From Promethearchaeota archaeon (GTDB lineage: Archaea > Asgardarchaeota > Lokiarchaeia > Sigyniarchaeales > SOKP01), in NCBI GenBank assembly GCA_019058445.1, contig JAHPZA010000010.1, forward strand, positions 160,001 to 224,000: DNA of 64,000 nucleotides, read 5' to 3'. Each line of letters begins with the position of its first letter. Within the stretch, counting starts at the first letter, position 1. The translations under genes were made by a program, and so were the position numbers. Shown in pieces: positions 61,268 to 64,000 of this stretch. The notes beneath the pieces were generated by a model. That model did no database searches. It saw only the letters and a list, made by a program, of their open reading frames with translations, and was not told the DNA's origin.

Positions 61268-62065
61268 CTATAGTGCTCGTCGTGAGAAAAATGTAAAATA
61301 AATACCATAAGCACGTTCATAAATTCTATTAAGAAATCCAATTTTCGGAATTATCATTTCAAAAAGATACCATATACTCCATAATTGCCTTATACCTTTT
61401 TCTCGTATGTAATATTTTTTATTTTGGGGCAGAGTCCTTGCAGCAAATATATTAAGTTCGTCGAATTGCTTTTTTGAGATAAATTCACTACTTTTTTTTT
61501 TAAAAAATGCTACAAATATCATTCTGCTTTTAGGTATAGGAGGATTAAAAGCATTCTGTATTTTTAACATTATGACTTTATAATCACACAATCTTGCTAA
61601 TCTAGAAAAAAATTCCTTTGGGTAATAATAAAGACAATGATCTGGGAAATTATTAGGGAGCGGGAGAGTATGAATCATAATACCATTAGCTTTACACATA
61701 TCATGTACATTTTTAAAAACCTGAAATTGATTTTCAACATGTTCTGACGTTCCATAATCAGTGATTAATTGAAATCTATCTATTAAAGATTCAGGAACAG
61801 GAAAATTTAAGTCTACAACTAAAGATCCAAACATTCCATTTAAATCTAAAGATACATGTTCTAATACTTTCTTTATTTCAGTATAATATTTTTTTGCTAC
61901 TATATGACTTTTATAAAATATTTGATCGCCAAGTTCACACATTCGCACATCTTTCCACTTAAGATTTATTATTTTAAGAACCTTATCTTGGAAAGCAAGG
62001 ATATTATATGTTAAACCCATTCTCAACATCCCTTTTATTTTATAAGTGAAATAAGAATTTCGCAA
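61268..62065 (-). CDS. Putative class I SAM-dependent methyltransferase
   Basis: Motifs CELGDQ, SLDLNG, VDLN, DYGTSEHV and GIMIHTLP. Confidence 0.7.
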   Translation of the reverse strand: MRNSYFTYKIKGMLRMGLTYNILAFQDKVLKIINLKWKDVRMCELGDQIFYKSHIVAKKYYTEIKKVLEHVSLDLNGMFGSLVVDLNFPVPESLIDRFQLITDYGTSEHVENQFQVFKNVHDMCKANGIMIHTLPLPNNFPDHCLYYYPKEFFSRLARLCDYKVIMLKIQNAFNPPIPKSRMIFVAFFKKKSSEFISKKQFDELNIFAARTLPQNKKYYIREKGIRQLWSIWYLFEMIIPKIGFLNRIYERAYGIYFTFFSRRAL

Positions 62066-63165
62066 ATCTTTATAATATCTTGATCTTTCAACCCACTATA
62101 TAAAGGAAGACATAAAATTTGGGTGGTTATCTTTTCGGCAATAGGAAGTTGATAATCTCTATCCTTTTTAAAGAACAAATAATCTGTACATAAGGGATAG
62201 AAATATTTTCGTGTAAAAACATTATATTTTTTAAGCAAATCATAGACTTTATCTCTATTATTTCTTGATTTTTTTTCATCAATTAATAGAGGAAAATATT
62301 GATAATTGTACATGACATTCTGTTTCTCAACATTAAACTTTAATCCATCAACATTTTCAAGATTTTCTCTGTAAACTTGAGTTAAATGTTTTCTCTTTTT
62401 AATCTCATCTTCAACAAGTTGTAAATTTAAAAGTCCTATCGCTGCCTGTAATTCGTTTAATTTACCATTTGTTCCGGGCAGAAGGATTTCATATTCATCT
62501 TTAGTTCCATATCCGAAATTTTTTAAAAGATACAAGAGTTCCTTTAATTCAGAATTATTGTATGTAAGAGCTCCACCTTCTATAGTATGAAAGATTTTAG
62601 TAGCATGGAAACTAAACATACTAATATCTCCATAATTTCCAATCCCTTTATTTTTAAAATTAACACCAAAACAGTGAGCAGCATCATATATAACTTTAAC
62701 TTGGTAATTTTTGGCAATCTTCTCAATTTTTTCAACGTCACATGGATTACCAAATACATGAACCCCAAGTATAGCAGATGTATTAGGAGTTATCAAATCT
62801 TCGATTGCATCACTGTTGATATTAAAATCATCTGGATTAATGTCGCAAAAAATAGGCTTTAAATTCTTTTGAAATAACGAAGTTACGGTCGCGGGAAATG
62901 TGAAAGGAGTCGTGATTACTTCTCCTTTTAATTCAAGTGCTTGTAATGCTATTTCTAAAGCAATTGTACCATTACAAAAAAGAGTGAGATTATCCACATT
63001 TAAATATTTTGTAAGTTCTGTCTCTAACGCTTTATGTTGATTTCCGTGATTTGTGAGCCATTTAGATTCCCAAATCTCATCAATCTTTTTATAAACTTGA
63101 ATTAATGGAGCTAAAACAGGTCGAATTATATAAATTGGTTCTTTAAAAGGTTTAATTTTAGTCAA
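62035..63165 (-). CDS. DegT/DnrJ family sugar aminotransferase (VioA-like)
   Basis: Motifs NGTIAL, TTPFTF, YDAAH, SFHATK (PLP Lys), EGG and NGKLNE. Confidence 0.93.
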   Translation of the reverse strand: MTKIKPFKEPIYIIRPVLAPLIQVYKKIDEIWESKWLTNHGNQHKALETELTKYLNVDNLTLFCNGTIALEIALQALELKGEVITTPFTFPATVTSLFQKNLKPIFCDINPDDFNINSDAIEDLITPNTSAILGVHVFGNPCDVEKIEKIAKNYQVKVIYDAAHCFGVNFKNKGIGNYGDISMFSFHATKIFHTIEGGALTYNNSELKELLYLLKNFGYGTKDEYEILLPGTNGKLNELQAAIGLLNLQLVEDEIKKRKHLTQVYRENLENVDGLKFNVEKQNVMYNYQYFPLLIDEKKSRNNRDKVYDLLKKYNVFTRKYFYPLCTDYLFFKKDRDYQLPIAEKITTQILCLPLYSGLKDQDIIKICEILISLIK

Positions 63166-63535
63166 GCAGCAAAACCATTTTCGATAAAAAAGTCTTTCGT
63201 CAAAATTATTCTATAGAATTATTTAAAAAATATTAAATTTATTTAATTTATTCATACTTCTAATTTATTCGATTTTCTGATTCAAATAACTATTTATTAC
63301 TTCCATTATTAATGTTAATTAAGCTTTTATTAATATGAAGTTTTAGATGGTATTAAATTAATATTTAAAGTCTGATACTAATAGTATTAATAGAAAAGAT
63401 AAAATTAAAACGAATTTTAGGAGATTACGTTAACCGTATTATTTTAGATAATAAAATGGGTCTCAATCTTATACGAAAAATTAGAGAAATCAGAAGATAT
63501 GGTTTTATTTAACAATTGGTTAAGAGGGGAAAAGA

Positions 63536-64000
63536 ATTAAAGTTGCGATAATTCAACCTTATTATTTTAATATTTGGGAAGCAATTGGTCCTGCGTATAT
63601 AATTTCTTATTGTAAGAAAAATTATGAGGGTGCCCTCGATTTTAAATTCTTTCAAAGCTATTTCGATTCTGATAGTTATATCATAGAAAATTGTAAAGAT
63701 TGTGATATTGTCGGCTTTTCTTGCACTTCTCCAACTTTTAAGCATGGCGTAAAATTAGCGAATAACTTAAAAGAGTTAAATCCAAACATTAAAACTGTAT
63801 TTGGTGGATATCACGTATCTGCATTAAAAGATCTAATTACAGATGAATGTATCGATCAAATTGTTGTCGGAGAGGGAGAATATGCCTTTTTAGACATTCT
63901 TAATGGTAATAATAATCATATTGTATATGGAAAGCGTCTAGATTTCAAGGAACTTCCCTGGCCTGATCGGGATGCAATTAAAAACGAAAGAACTATTAAT
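63536..64000 (+). CDS. Cobalamin-binding radical SAM protein, N-terminal B12 domain (runs off the window; ATT start)
   Basis: Manual translation IKVAIIQP...AIGPAYIISY...DIVGFSCTSPTF...TVFGGYHVS...VVGEGE...LPWPDR. Absent from the ORF track. Confidence 0.85.
   Translation, partial: MKVAIIQPYYFNIWEAIGPAYIISYCKKNYEGALDFKFFQSYFDSDSYIIENCKDCDIVGFSCTSPTFKHGVKLANNLKELNPNIKTVFGGYHVSALKDLITDECIDQIVVGEGEYAFLDILNGNNNHIVYGKRLDFKELPWPDRDAIKNERTIN

Noticed and set aside
16599-63745. Further shadow ORFs (16599, 16878, 20140, 22241, 23499, 37277, 44610, 46503, 49214, 51939, 56699, 59726, 62580, 62587, 63509)
   Set aside because: They overlap supported genes or remnants on the other strand or in another frame; 63509..63745 is antisense to the radical SAM gene.
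1-64000. CRISPR arrays, tRNA/rRNA genes, IS elements and integrases
   Set aside because: No regularly spaced repeats, GC-rich structured RNA segments, transposase or integrase ORFs, or terminal inverted repeats were seen by manual reading; a covariance-model search was not possible.

Overview
Very AT-rich archaeal-type DNA. The split transketolase, the multi-UEV/RWD+RING protein and the large LamG/Ig-like surface glycoprotein suggest an Asgard (Lokiarchaeia-like) genome; this assignment is an inference. Most of the window is a ~60 kb cell-surface glycosylation region: GT2, GT4, GT61, CgeB-type and four GT-C-like membrane glycosyltransferases, a Wzx flippase, an ABC-2 exporter, nucleotide-sugar pathways (heptose hddA-gmhA with rpe and tkt, two GMD/RMD-like paralogues, wecB, glf, rmlACBD, a DegT aminotransferase), and tailoring enzymes (several methyltransferases, a carbamoyltransferase, a B12 radical-SAM enzyme). 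Embedded in it are ileS, a larA/FAD-oxidase pair and a PAPS module. Most notable: (1) a sulfate-activation module (TSUP transporter, three unannotated single-TM microproteins, an RHH protein with a sulfatase-type C-terminal tail, Sat, a cytoplasmic Thr-type AlkP enzyme, CysC) with no canonical sulfotransferase or reductase in the window, a candidate non-canonical glycan-sulfation system; (2) a FANCL-like protein with four E2-like domains and a C4HC3 RING; (3) three genes that appear to start at ATA, ATC and ATT behind Shine-Dalgarno motifs; (4) an IleRS with the GIHH signature; (5) a probable heptose pseudokinase; (6) a glycosyltransferase fused to a degenerate HsdR-N-like domain; (7) a pseudogenised duplicate of the DPM1-like GT2 gene. 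No rRNA, tRNA, CRISPR array or intact mobile element was recognised. All family assignments come from motif recognition by eye, not database searches.
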